DNA of 21,811 bases from Octopus sinensis (taxonomy: Eukaryota). Of the stretch, positions 1 to 10,111 are shown one piece after another. The stretch's first letter is position 1; every line of letters starts with the position of its first letter. The notes under the pieces were generated by a model. The model did not search any database, was not told where the DNA came from, and saw only the letters and a list, made by a program, of their open reading frames with translations. The position numbers were made by a program, and so were the translations under genes. Location of the stretch: positions 1-21,811 of the forward strand of contig NW_021823605.1 of NCBI RefSeq assembly GCF_006345805.1, in the 5' to 3' direction.

Positions 1-90
1 GTAGTGGTCCGAACAAATATCACAAAACATATTCCAACGATCTAATGTTTCGGCCAAATACAAAACTGAATACTGCTGCTGTTGTTGTGG

Positions 91-170
91 ATGATGATGA
101 TGATGATGATGATGATGGATGATGAGTGATGAGTTATGATGATGATGATGATGAAATAGATGACGATGAC
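91..170. repeat. (ATG)n microsatellite, degenerate at its edges
   Basis: Run of gatgatgat...; accounts for the poly-Ile ORF 42..251. Confidence 0.9.
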
Positions 171-486
171 AACAGTGACCATAACAATGGTGGCAGCGGT
201 CGTAGTGTTTGTCGTGATGATAATTGCAGCAGATAGAGAAATATTAATCAACTATAATTACAACTGTAGTGATTGATAATAAATCCTTAGCTTAATTATG
301 CATTGTATTTTCTTTCTTAAAAGAGAAGGAAACGGGGAAATAATTGTGAAATTAAATTGATATTAATTTTAAATGGAACGAAACGGTGGAATGACTGTGG
401 TTATTGATGGAGTGGTTAAGACAAAGGTAGACTTATTTCAGTGTTATTTGTTAATTCGTTTAGTTTAACTCGTAAAATATTAATGA

Positions 487-865
487 ATGATGGAAGTAAG
501 GGAGGGAGGGAAGGAAGGAAGGAAGAAATGAATGAGGGAGGTAAGTAAGGAAGGAAGGGAGGAGGAAATGAATGAGGGATGGAAAGAAAGAAGGAAGGTA
601 GGTAGGAAGGGAATAAGTAGGTAAGAAAGTATGGAAGGAAGGAAGGGAGAAATAAATGAGGGAAGGAAAGAAGGAAGGAAGGGAATAAGTAGGTAAGGAA
701 GTATGGAACGAAGGAAAGACAGAAGGGAGTAAGTAAGTATGGAAGGTATGAAGAAAGGAAGGAAGGAAATAAGGGAGTAATTTAGTAATTAGGTAAGGAA
801 GTATGGAAGGAAGGAAAGAAGGAAGGAAGGAAATGAAGGAAGGGAGGAAATGAAGGAAGGAAGAA
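487..865. repeat. Degenerate (GGAA)n polypurine tract
   Basis: ggaaggaaggaa with agta/gagg variants; accounts for the LPSF-repeat ORF 460..873. Confidence 0.9.
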
Positions 866-886
866 ACGATCAAACGAACGAACGGA

Positions 887-1126
887 CCCTATGGACCCCT
901 TCAATTCCTAATTTACTTGGATGTACCTTCGTAGCCATTCGATGTTTAAACAAAGCGTAATATATTTTTATAATTAAATATTATTAGGAATTGTTTTCAA
1001 AAAAATTGTTAAAATATTTTGTGTCTTGTAGAAATAAAATCAATTTTTTTGCAACAAATATAAAATAATCAATTTTTATCAAACAAAATCTTATATGAAC
1101 CTCCAAGGGTCTGTTGAGATCTACTA
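887..1126. mobile_element. Left-truncated hAT-type MITE
   Basis: Interior (tattttttataattaaatattatta...aaaatattttg...aacaaaatcttat) matches the 4400-4879 element. A degenerate right TIR, tgttgagatctacta, lies at 1112-1126. Confidence 0.65.
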
Positions 1127-1191
1127 GAAGCCACTGGGATGGATTTGCCTGTTCTCATGGCTGAAGCCTGGGGATGTAAGACACAACTACC

Positions 1192-1428
1192 TATTTCTTT
1201 ACTACCCACAAGGGGCTAAACACAGAGGGAACAAACAAGGACAGACAAATAGATTAAGTCGATTACCTTGACCACAGTGCGTAACTGGTACTTAATTTAT
1301 CAACCCCGAAAGGATGAAAGGCAAAGTCGACCTCTGCAGAATTTGAACTCAGAACGTAACGGCAGACGAAATACGGCTGCGCATTTCGCGCCCGGCGTGC
1401 TAACGTTTCTGCCAGTTCGCGCCGCCTT
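1192..1428 (-). mobile_element. tRNA-derived SINE, family 1 (head plus one body unit; Meta/MESC-like central domain)
   Basis: The minus strand reads aaggcggcgcgaactggcagaaacgttagc (A-box-like), gagttcaaattc (B-box-like), cctttcatcctttcggggttgataaattaagtacc, and ends gtaaagaaata. An 8-bp direct repeat caactacc at 1184-1191 and 1429-1436 is a probable TSD. The Meta-domain assignment is from recalled consensus similarity. Confidence 0.85.
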
Positions 1429-1610
1429 CAACTACCACTAATTCCCCAGACTCTGGGATTCAGCACTGGAACCACACTCTCCGGCAGGTCCTTCCCTCCC
1501 ATTCTATGAACCTCACACCGTCTTAGAATACAAGTCGCCATGAATATCTGGAATTAATTTAAAATTATTTTTTTTTTATTTTATTCAATTTCATGACTTT
1601 ATTGTTTTAA

Positions 1611-1821
1611 TTTACTTGTTTCAGTCATTGGACTGTGACCATGCTGGAGCAGCGCCTTTTAGTCGAAGAAATCAATACCAGAACTTATTCTTTGTAAGCT
1701 TAGTACTTACTTTATCGTCTCTTTTGCCGAAATGCTATGTTACAGAGACGTAAACACACCGACATCGGTTGTCAAAGCGATGGAAGCGGGACACAGATAC
1801 AAAGACATCCCCTAATATAAT

Positions 1822-1896
<75 letters not shown>

Positions 1897-2060
1897 CAAA
1901 CGCATATATATATGACGAGCTTTCAGTTTCTATCTACCAAATCCACTCACAAGGTTTTGGTCAGCCCGAGGTACAGCAGAAGACATTTGTTCACCGTGCT
2001 ATGCAGTGGGACTGAACTCGGACCATATGGTTGGGAAGCAGCTTCTTTCCACACAGCACC
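1611..2060 (-). mobile_element. tRNA/CORE-type SINE, family 2, with internal (TA)(TG)n microsatellite and 3' tail
   Basis: Minus strand: gctgtgtgg (A-box-like), gggttcagtccc-type B-box region, CORE-like segment, gatttggtagatagaaactgaaag, then (TG)n at about 1823-1900 and a tail at 1611-1805 that matches 8227-8430. Confidence 0.8.
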
Positions 2061-2146
2061 GCATCTAAGTACTAATTAGGCTCGACGTTGCTTAACTTCG
2101 GTGATCGGACGAGAACCGGTGCTTTCAACGTGATGTGGCCGTAAGC
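2057..2146 (-). rRNA. 5S rRNA 5' fragment (about nt 1-85 to 1-90; truncated pseudogene)
   Basis: The minus strand reads GCTTACGGCCACATCACGTTGAAAGCACCGGTTCTCGTCCGATCACCGAAGTTAAGCAACGTCGAGCCTAATTAGTACTT(AGATG), the invertebrate 5S 5' region including loop C and box A. Box C is degenerate and the 3' end is absent. Confidence 0.92.
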
Positions 2147-2166
2147 CATATGTAATATATGTAGCC

Positions 2167-2173
2167 TACACAC

Positions 2174-2250
<77 letters not shown>
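2167..2250. repeat. Compound (CA)n(TC)n(CA)n microsatellite
   Basis: Seen directly. Confidence 0.95.
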
Positions 2251-2251
<1 letters not shown>

Positions 2252-2852
2252 GATATATATATGTATGCATATTCTTTTTCATCGAGTTCCTTATTTAACA
2301 AAGGTACTTGAGCCATCAATCTTTCAATGCACCAATTTACAAAACGGTGCCGTTTAGAAGTACACAACACCGTTTCATTAGCATGTACGGTTGGCCATAA
2401 ATTGGTGAAGGCGACAGGAAACGTCCTTCGTATATCTTTCGTCAAACAGCTTCATAATGGCAACTTCACGGTGTTGCCCACACGATTTAATGGTTTCTGT
2501 CTAAAGACATTTATAATACGTAGAACCGCCTATTTATAAATAAGGGTAAACCGTCACCGACACGGCATTTTCTTAAACCCAACAAAACCGTTTCAAGAAG
2601 TCCGTGTGTGAAATGAGAAAAACCTCACAAACTCAAGGCTGAAAAAGTCTCCTGCTCATATCGTGTAAATGGTGTTGTGTTGTGATCTCAGACAAATACT
2701 GAAAGATTACCGTTGTTGTAATTACCTACTTATCTACCATCAAGGAACATGAAGGTAATTGCTGGGGCGTGACAGGCTATTGCAGATTTGTATATATTAG
2801 CTCCATAATTTTGTTGCAGCTGTTGTTGTTTAGCCTTTGATAAACCTTTTTT

Positions 2853-3080
2853 TTTTACTACCCACAAGGGGCTAAACGCAGGGAGGACAAACAAGGACAG
2901 ACAAAGGGATTAAGTCTATTACATCGACCCCAGTGCGCAACTGGTACTTAATTTATCGACCCCGAAAGGATGAAAGGTAAAGTCGACCTCGGCGTAATTT
3001 GAACTCCGAACGTAACGGCAGACGAAATACCGCAAAGCATTTCGCCCGGCGTGCTAACGTTTCTGCCAGCTTACCACCTT
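2853..3080 (-). mobile_element. SINE family 1, full-length monomer
   Basis: Same head and body as 1192-1428; the minus strand begins aaggtggtaagctggcagaaacgttagc. Confidence 0.85.
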
Positions 3081-3106
3081 CCAATAAGAATGAGCAATAG
3101 ATAATA

Positions 3107-3280
3107 TATTTCTTTACTACCGACAAGGGGCTAAACACAGAGGGGACAAACAAGGACAGAGAAAGGGATTAAGTCTATTACATCGACCCCAGTGCGTAAC
3201 TGGTACTTAATTTATCGACCCCGAAAGGATGAAAGGCAAAGTCGATCTCGGCGGAATTTGAACTCAGAACGTAATACAGA
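3107..3280 (-). mobile_element. SINE family 1, headless body unit
   Basis: Body unit from the B-box-like motif to gtaaagaaata, 26 bp from the previous copy and in the same orientation. Confidence 0.85.
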
Positions 3281-3421
3281 TGTGATACAAAATAGAGAGT
3301 GAGGTGGAGGAAAGAAAATAGATGCAAGATATGTATGGGTATTGAATTCGTAAATCCATTTTTTTAGGTAGAATGGTATATATGTAAGATTCCATGTGGA
3401 ATAGTGTGGATGTAGAACACA

Positions 3422-3440
3422 ATATACATATATGTGCGTG

Positions 3441-3471
<31 letters not shown>

Positions 3472-3530
3472 AAAATATATGCGGTTTAGCGTGTATATAT
3501 ATATATATTCGTGTATATATATATATGTGC

Positions 3531-3566
<36 letters not shown>

Positions 3567-3575
3567 GTACATATA
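3422..3575. repeat. (TA)n microsatellite with recurring gcgtg interruptions
   Basis: Seen directly. Confidence 0.9.
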
Positions 3576-3649
3576 TGTATATTGTGTTCTACGTCCACAC
3601 TATTCTACATACATGCTTTTCTATAAACACTATTCTCTGTATACCTAGA

Positions 3650-3964
3650 CCTCTGTCGGTTCGACGACGAGAGATTCATTATTCCGATCAACGGAACAGC
3701 CTGCTTGCGAAATTAACGTGCAAGTGGCTGACCACTCCACAGACACGTGTGCCCTTAACGGAGGTTTCAGGGTTATTCAGCATGAAACAGAACTTAACAA
3801 CGGTGGCCCTTTGAATTACATGTACTACTACTCATTTTTGCCAGCTGAGTGGACTGGAGCAACGTGAAATAAAGTATCTTGCTCAAGGATGCAACGCTCC
3901 GACGGGAATCGATCTCACGACCTTACGTTCTTGAACCGAATACCCTAATCATTAAGCTACGCAC
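3650..3964 (-). mobile_element. tRNA/CORE SINE, family 3
   Basis: Minus strand: gtgcgtagcttaatgattagggtattcgg (A-box-like), gatcgattccc (B-box-like), then ccttgagcaagatactttatttcac, which resembles the MIR CORE motif ccttgggcaagtcactt. Confidence 0.75.
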
Positions 3965-4075
3965 AATTCCGTTTTCTGTATACAGTCTGGTTTGTAAGGA
4001 TGCTGCATGACGATGCTGATGATGATGGCGACGACTATGACCACGACCACCACCACGACTATTAAACTTGTCCGA

Positions 4076-4387
4076 TTATACTCTTTTCTACTCTTGGCAA
4101 AAGGACTGAAATTTTTGTACGCAACTGGTATTTAATTTATAGAACCCGAAAGAATGACAGGTAACGTCAACCTCGGCGGAATTTCAACTCAGAACGTAAA
4201 GACAGACGAAATACCTATTTCTTTATTACCCACAAGGGGCTGAACACAGAGAGGACAAGCAAGGACAGACAAACGGACTAAGTCGATTACATCGAACCAG
4301 TGCGTAACTGGTACTTAATTTATTGACCCCAAAAGGATGAAAGGCAAAGTCGACCACAGCGGAATTTGAACTCAGAACGTAACGGCA
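4076..4387 (-). mobile_element. SINE family 1, headless dimer (one full unit plus a partial second unit)
   Basis: Contains the junction gacgaaatacc|tatttcttta at 4215/4216, the reverse complement of the array junction. 4076-4116 may be an alternative tail or simply flank. Confidence 0.8.
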
Positions 4388-4399
4388 AAACACCCAAGA

Positions 4400-4879
4400 C
4401 AGTGGTTCTCAACCATTTTTTGCCCTTTGATACCTATTTTATACAGACGAACCCACATTGCTGTTCAATGTTTAAGAAATCCTATTATATTTTTTATAAT
4501 TAAATATTATTAAGAAATTATATTAAAAAAACTGTTAAAATATTTTGTTATTCTTTTATTTGTTTGTTATTTGACCGCAAATAATTGTTGTTGACAAAAA
4601 TCCGGGGAAATTGTATTCACCTCAATAGACGTCATTGATTGGTTGAAATTGCCGAAATGCAAGGAATTAAACAACAAATAGCTTACAAACTACAGAATTT
4701 TCTCAAGAAAGTCAAGAGAAAAAGATGTTTTATGTAATACATTCTACCAGTATACGAAGTTTAAAAGTGTTTAGTTACAAAGAAATTATTTTAAAAATCT
4801 GCCGGTCAAAGCGAAAAGATCCTAAATAAATTTTAGCAACAAAATCTTATGTGGACCCCAAGGTTCATATGAACCACTG
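4400..4879. mobile_element. hAT (Charlie/MER20-like TIR) MITE with perfect 8-bp TSD
   Basis: Left TIR cagtggttctcaacc (4400-4414), shortened right TIR gaaccactg (4871-4879), and TSD acccaaga at 4392-4399 and 4880-4887. Confidence 0.85.
4552..4822. mobile_element. Probable nested insertion within the hAT MITE
   Basis: Segment absent from the 887-1126 homolog; inverted motif tttgaccg (4570-4577) and cggtcaaa (4803-4810) near its ends. Confidence 0.45.
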
Positions 4880-4941
4880 ACCCAAGAACTGGTAGAGCCC
4901 TCTCTCCCTGGTGGGAGAGATGGTTGTACCAGTTCATGGAT

Positions 4942-5068
4942 AGTACTCACTTACAGATAGCTACACTGTGGAACAACGATATTATTAAGCGTCATGCTCA
5001 AAGAAACATCGTGCCACCCGCTCATGGATTTGAACCCGTGATTTATGCTTGTCAGTCCAACACCAAGC
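4942..5068 (-). mobile_element. Degenerate tRNA/CORE SINE
   Basis: The minus strand has ggttcaaatcc (B box) followed by CORE-like tttctttgagcatgacgcttaa. Confidence 0.5.
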
Positions 5069-5914
5069 CTTCTCTCAATGTTGTTACGCACAACTACTAT
5101 TACATTTGACTTATTTTAGTATCTAACAACGTGGAGGTAGGATGTACGTTTGGAAGTGAAAAAAAAAGGCGGATTAGACTTACAAAACTTCTATTGGAAA
5201 TCGAATGTCAAGAGACTAAAATGGAATGCAGAAATTAGCCGGGTTATTCTGAGAGAATCATGTGACGTGAATGAAATGAAATAAACATGGATGATAAAAG
5301 ACTCTCGGTACTGAGTCAGACAAGAGTTCAACTCTCACTTTAAGAAACTTGCCAGATGACAGATTGATATAAAACCAGTGTGCACAAGTATAGAGAAAGT
5401 CTTATATAGACATACAGTGAAGGGTATATAAAAAACAATAGTAACTGTGTAATAAAAGGACTGCTATTTGATGCAAAGGAAAGAGAAGTAAATTATTTAT
5501 GGGAAGAAAGCGATGAGGCGAAAAATTTAAAGTGTGAAAAAAAAAAAAAAATTTGGGGCGGTTGATGAAAATAGAGAGAACTTTGTGGAATACAGAAAGC
5601 AGAATAATGGTAAAAAAAAAAAAGAGCAAAACCGAAGTACAATGAATATCTTTATAACGCTTCCTATTTTCAACCTATATAATTAAATTGTATAAGGTTG
5701 TGTGTTACTGAAGAATAAAAAAATGTGGAAAAACATTCACACATACAACCATATGAACATTATATACGCGAGTGTATGTATGTATCTGTGTCCATGTGTG
5801 TGTGTGTGTGTGTGTGTTGTGTATAAAATTTACATTGCTGTAGATTTAGAAAAACATAAAGATATGCATAGTTACATCAATATACATACACACACACATA
5901 ATATGTATTGATAT

Positions 5915-6231
<317 letters not shown>

Positions 6232-6675
6232 CATACGTGGATTTGTGAAGGAGTAAGATTGGGCTGATTTGTAACAAGATCGGACTCTTCCACTCAAAAT
6301 TGCTGATGGTGTGGGAATAGAGGATTTTATTTTTCAGCCAAGAATCGCGTACATATTGTGTCTAGCATTGCAATGTTTTTCAACAAATACAAATATAGGT
6401 AAAGAGTTTTTCTCCCAATATATTTGAAATGTTCTTGCCAAGCACTCAAACTAAATCAGTCAGCTGGTTATGATAGCTTCTATAATTACAATTTTCTTAC
6501 GTATTCTATGTTATTGACGTTTCTTTTTCGTTGTATTTATTATATTTTCTGAGTCGTTACCATTACAGTTTCCAGTTTAAAATCTAGCTGGCAATGGCTT
6601 CGCTATTCATTCTTTCGATATCAACTGAGTGTACAGAATAACTAACTTAAGTATGAGATTTTTCTGGTCAGAGTT

Positions 6676-7213
6676 ACATACATACATACATACATACATA
6701 TACACATACATACATACATACATACATACATACATACATACATACATACATACATACATACATACATGCATACATACATACATACATACACATAACATAC
6801 ATACATACATACATAATACATACATACATACATACATACATACATACATACCACATACATACATGCATACATGCATGCATGCATACATACATACATACAT
6901 ACATACTACATACATACATACATACATACATACATTCATACGTACATACATACATACACACATACATACATACATACATACATACATACATACATACAAC
7001 ATACATACACACACATTCATACATACATACATACATACATACATACATACATACATACATACATACATACATTCATACGTACATACATACATACACACAT
7101 ACATAATACATACATACATACATACATACATGCATACATATGTACATACATACATACATACATACATGCATACATACATGCATACATACATGCATACATA
7201 TATACACGTATAC
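6676..7213. repeat. (TACA)n tetranucleotide array, about 540 bp
   Basis: Seen directly; source of the YVCM and HTYI ORFs. Confidence 0.95.
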
Positions 7214-7426
7214 ATGATGGCTACCCCCTCGTTATCGAGTATGGCCATTGCACGAAGCTAACTGTTACTGGTGCTGTGATCGAATGTGACTTTTTAGCCC
7301 AGCCAAAGATCTACAATGTCTTGTACAGAATTGGCAACCAAGACCTTTACTAGTAATAGCCGGCTGTAGTTGTAACTGGGCTTCATGTACCTTTGCATGT
7401 CGTTTAAGTCTTCTTGCTGAATTACA
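7214..7426 (-). mobile_element. 3' end of an RTE-like LINE (C-terminal C2H2-like motif and 3' UTR)
   Basis: The minus frame reads [14 protein letters not shown]...[24 protein letters not shown] (stop at 7265-7267), resembling the RTE ORF-terminal CxxCxRxCxSxxGLxSHxRxH. It is followed by a ctcg-ataa-cgag hairpin and gccatcat running into a (TATG)n tail. Confidence 0.65.
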
Positions 7427-7495
7427 CATACATACATACATACATACATACATACATACATACATACATACATACATACATACATACAGGCATAC
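7427..7495. repeat. (TACA)n microsatellite
   Basis: Seen directly. Confidence 0.9.
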
Positions 7496-7670
7496 ATAGT
7501 TAATCCAAACATGAAAACACAAAGAGAAAACACAACAACGTGAGGACTTGGAACAAGTATAGTGTTATTGGACGCTCAGGAAAGAAGGAGGGTTTAACGT
7601 TTCGAGCGGAGCTCTTCGTGAGAAACATAAGAAAAGGAAAGATCCAAAGACGGGAAGACGGAGGAAGAAA
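7496..7670 (-). mobile_element. Penelope/retrozyme-like short element, copy 1
   Basis: Homologous to 19240-19434 and carries a hammerhead-like motif at 7592-7626. Confidence 0.65.
7592..7626 (-). ncRNA. Minimal type I hammerhead ribozyme motif with G5C core mutation (probably inactive)
   Basis: Minus RNA: GUUU-CUCACGA-A-GAGC-UCC-GCUC-GAAA-CGUU-AAAC. Confidence 0.55.
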
Positions 7671-7880
7671 AGTATGGCTGAATTTGGAATCTTGAGAAGA
7701 GAATGCAAATCTTTATTTCAAATGCTACAAATGATCACGATATCTGGAAGCATAGAAATCTACAAGACCTTCTAAAGATTTAAAAGATGACAGTTAAATC
7801 TTGATACTTTTCTTCACAACCTTGCTACCAAGACTTGATCAATCAAAATTTACACTAAATTAAAAACCAGAAAGAGAAAA

Positions 7881-7881
7881 C

Positions 7882-7936
<55 letters not shown>

Positions 7937-8214
7937 ATATATTAATATATATATATATAGACATTCAGACATACACACAAACATAATACATAGATATACA
8001 TACATGTATACATAATACATACATAGAAATTTATACATACATTCATTATATATATATACATGCATACATACATACAAATATGCATACATACATATATATA
8101 GACATTCATACATACACACAAACATATATACATAGACATAAATACATGTATACCTAATACATACATAGACATTTATACATACATTCATGATACATATTTA
8201 CATGCATACATATA
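7881..8214. repeat. Compound (TA)/(TACA) microsatellite containing a ~141-bp duplication
   Basis: agacattc...catacacacaaacata recurs at 7959 and 8100. Confidence 0.85.
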
Positions 8215-8226
8215 CTCTTTTTTGTT

Positions 8227-8484
8227 TACTCTTTTTAGCTTGTTTCAGTCATTTGACTGTGGCCTTGCAGGAGCATCGCCTTTAGTCGAAGAAATCGATC
8301 CCAGGACTAATTCTTTGTAAGCCTAGTTACTATTCTATCGGCCACTTTTGCCGAACCACCAAGTTACGGGGATGTAAACACACCAACAGCGATTGTCAAG
8401 CGATGATGAAGGGACAAACACAGACACACGAACATACACACACGCATGCACGCACACACACACATACATACACACACACACACA
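8227..8484 (-). mobile_element. SINE family 2, 3' tail plus its (CA)n tract (head absent)
   Basis: cttgtttcagtcatttgactg...gtaaacacacc...gggacaaacacagacacac matches 1611-1805. Confidence 0.8.
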
Positions 8485-8818
8485 ACTGCCATCGTCACCG
8501 CCAGGACTACCACATCACGTGATTTCGGTCTTCCTTGATCATGACAATGGTCTTACGACTGCTTCAGTCTTTATTAATTGTATTAATTATAATTAATAGC
8601 GACATAGTTTCACTTGGAACTTTACCTCAATTGACTCCGTTTTCCATCTTTTCACTATTTCCTTAATATGAGGAATATCCAAATAAAGAATATCCAAACG
8701 TTGTTTCTATTTTCCATTTGACCATTTGTGTTTTTTTTAATTTTTATATTAAATCAGGATTATTAAACATGGCAGAATGGGTAGAGCATTGAGCAAAATG
8801 CCTTAATTTGTTTACTCA

Positions 8819-8953
8819 GGTTACCTGGCGATTAGGGTGTTCAGCTCGTGATCATAAAGTCGCGGTTTCAATTCCCAGACCGGGTAGTGCATTGTGTCCT
8901 TGAGTAAGGCGCTTCATTTCACATTTCATTCCCGGTTTACTCAGCTGTAAATA
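8819..8953 (+). mobile_element. Degenerate tRNA/CORE SINE, family 3
   Basis: gattagggtgttcagctcgtgatc...tttcaattccc...tgtgtccttgagtaaggcgcttcatttcac aligns with the reverse complement of 3830-3964. Confidence 0.65.
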
Positions 8954-8984
8954 CCGTCCAGTTGGTGGTGTAGCTTCCACGTCT

Positions 8985-9038
8985 TTCTCTTTCACTCTCT
9001 CTTTCACTCTCTCTCTCTCTCTCTCTATTTGTCCGTTG

Positions 9039-9078
<40 letters not shown>

Positions 9079-9100
9079 CCCTCCCTCTCTCTCTCTCTTA
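8985..9100. repeat. (CT)n and (ATCT)n microsatellites
   Basis: Seen directly. Confidence 0.9.
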
Positions 9101-9630
9101 CCTGCCGTTATATTTTCGGTTTTCTGGTGAATAAAATGAGTTGGATATCCGAAAAGGTATCTACATCTGCTCGTTAGTACATAAATGCATAAAATAATTC
9201 TCCAGAACAGAATACATACTACTAGGCCATGCTCGCTTGCAAGTGACGGCTATGGTTTTGGTTACTAGCAATCTGAACCAAATCCCACTAGTATGTAAGG
9301 AATAGGATCATACCCTTTTTCTCACAACCAAAATTAATAATAATAAAAATAATCGCAATGGTGTAGCTTGGGTTTTCGTCGCTCTTCATAAACCTAAGAT
9401 TCGTTTGTCTAAAGCAATCACACTTACGAAAAAAGGTTGTTCTGTCGGTACAACCTACAGTTGACCACTGTATTGTCGGTTCCCATATTACGAAGAATAC
9501 TGAAATTTGCTTTCAATTATCATTGTATTCATATTGCTTGCTTAGTCCGTTACGTCTAAAACGTTCCCATAAAATTCGTTTAGGGATTTGGTTTGCAAAT
9601 TCTTTGTGTGAGTTCGTGTGTTGAAGCATA

Positions 9631-9894
9631 TTCTGTTGTGTCTGGGGAGAGTCATTTTCTTTTTGTGCCTTATAATATAACACACTCACCAGTAAAATTT
9701 CACTTTTTTCTTATTCTATTTTCCTAAAATTTTCGTTGCGTCTTGCAACCTTTTCAATAGTTTTGACTCTCGGTTGCAAGACGCAACGAAAATTTTAGGA
9801 AAAAATATAATAAGAAAAAAGTGGAAATTTACTGGTGAGTGTGTTATATTATAAGGCACAAAAAGAAAATGACCTCTCCCCAGACACAACAGAA
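9631..9894. repeat. Long inverted repeat: arms 9631-9750 and 9772-9894, 21-bp spacer (foldback/MITE-like)
   Basis: The left arm ends ...ttttcgttgcgtcttgcaacc and the right arm begins ggttgcaagacgcaacgaaaa.... Complementarity extends to ttctgttgtgtctgggg / ccccagacacaacagaa with only a few mismatches or indels. Confidence 0.92.
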
Positions 9895-10111
9895 CATTCC
9901 CATAAATTTATCCCAAAAGTCAATGCTTGTTTTCAGACTTTATTTAGTCCTTGTTTCATACGTTCCGAGGAACATAAAAAACGTCTTCCTTTCACGAATC
10001 TCAAGTTATTCCGATGGCTGAGAAAAACTGAGAACATGCATCAGATACACACACATACACACGTGTGTGAGGGACGGTGTCTGAGGGGTGGACAGTATTA
10101 TGTTATACATC

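Noticed and set aside
1440-1525. Minus-strand LPESVV, reminiscent of a CR1/L2 ORF2 C-terminus
   Set aside because: Six residues with frameshifted context is too little to call.
2378-2500. Minus-strand frame TETIKSCGQHREVAIMKLFDERY... after a tttag acceptor, superficially like kinase subdomain III
   Set aside because: No following HPxIV or other kinase motif, no convincing donor, and a stop after about 40 codons. The surrounding unique sequence (2280-2760) remains unexplained.
8770-8803. tRNA gene suggested by ggcagaatgggtagagcatt
   Set aside because: Only an A-box-like fragment resembling a SINE head; no T arm or acceptor stem.
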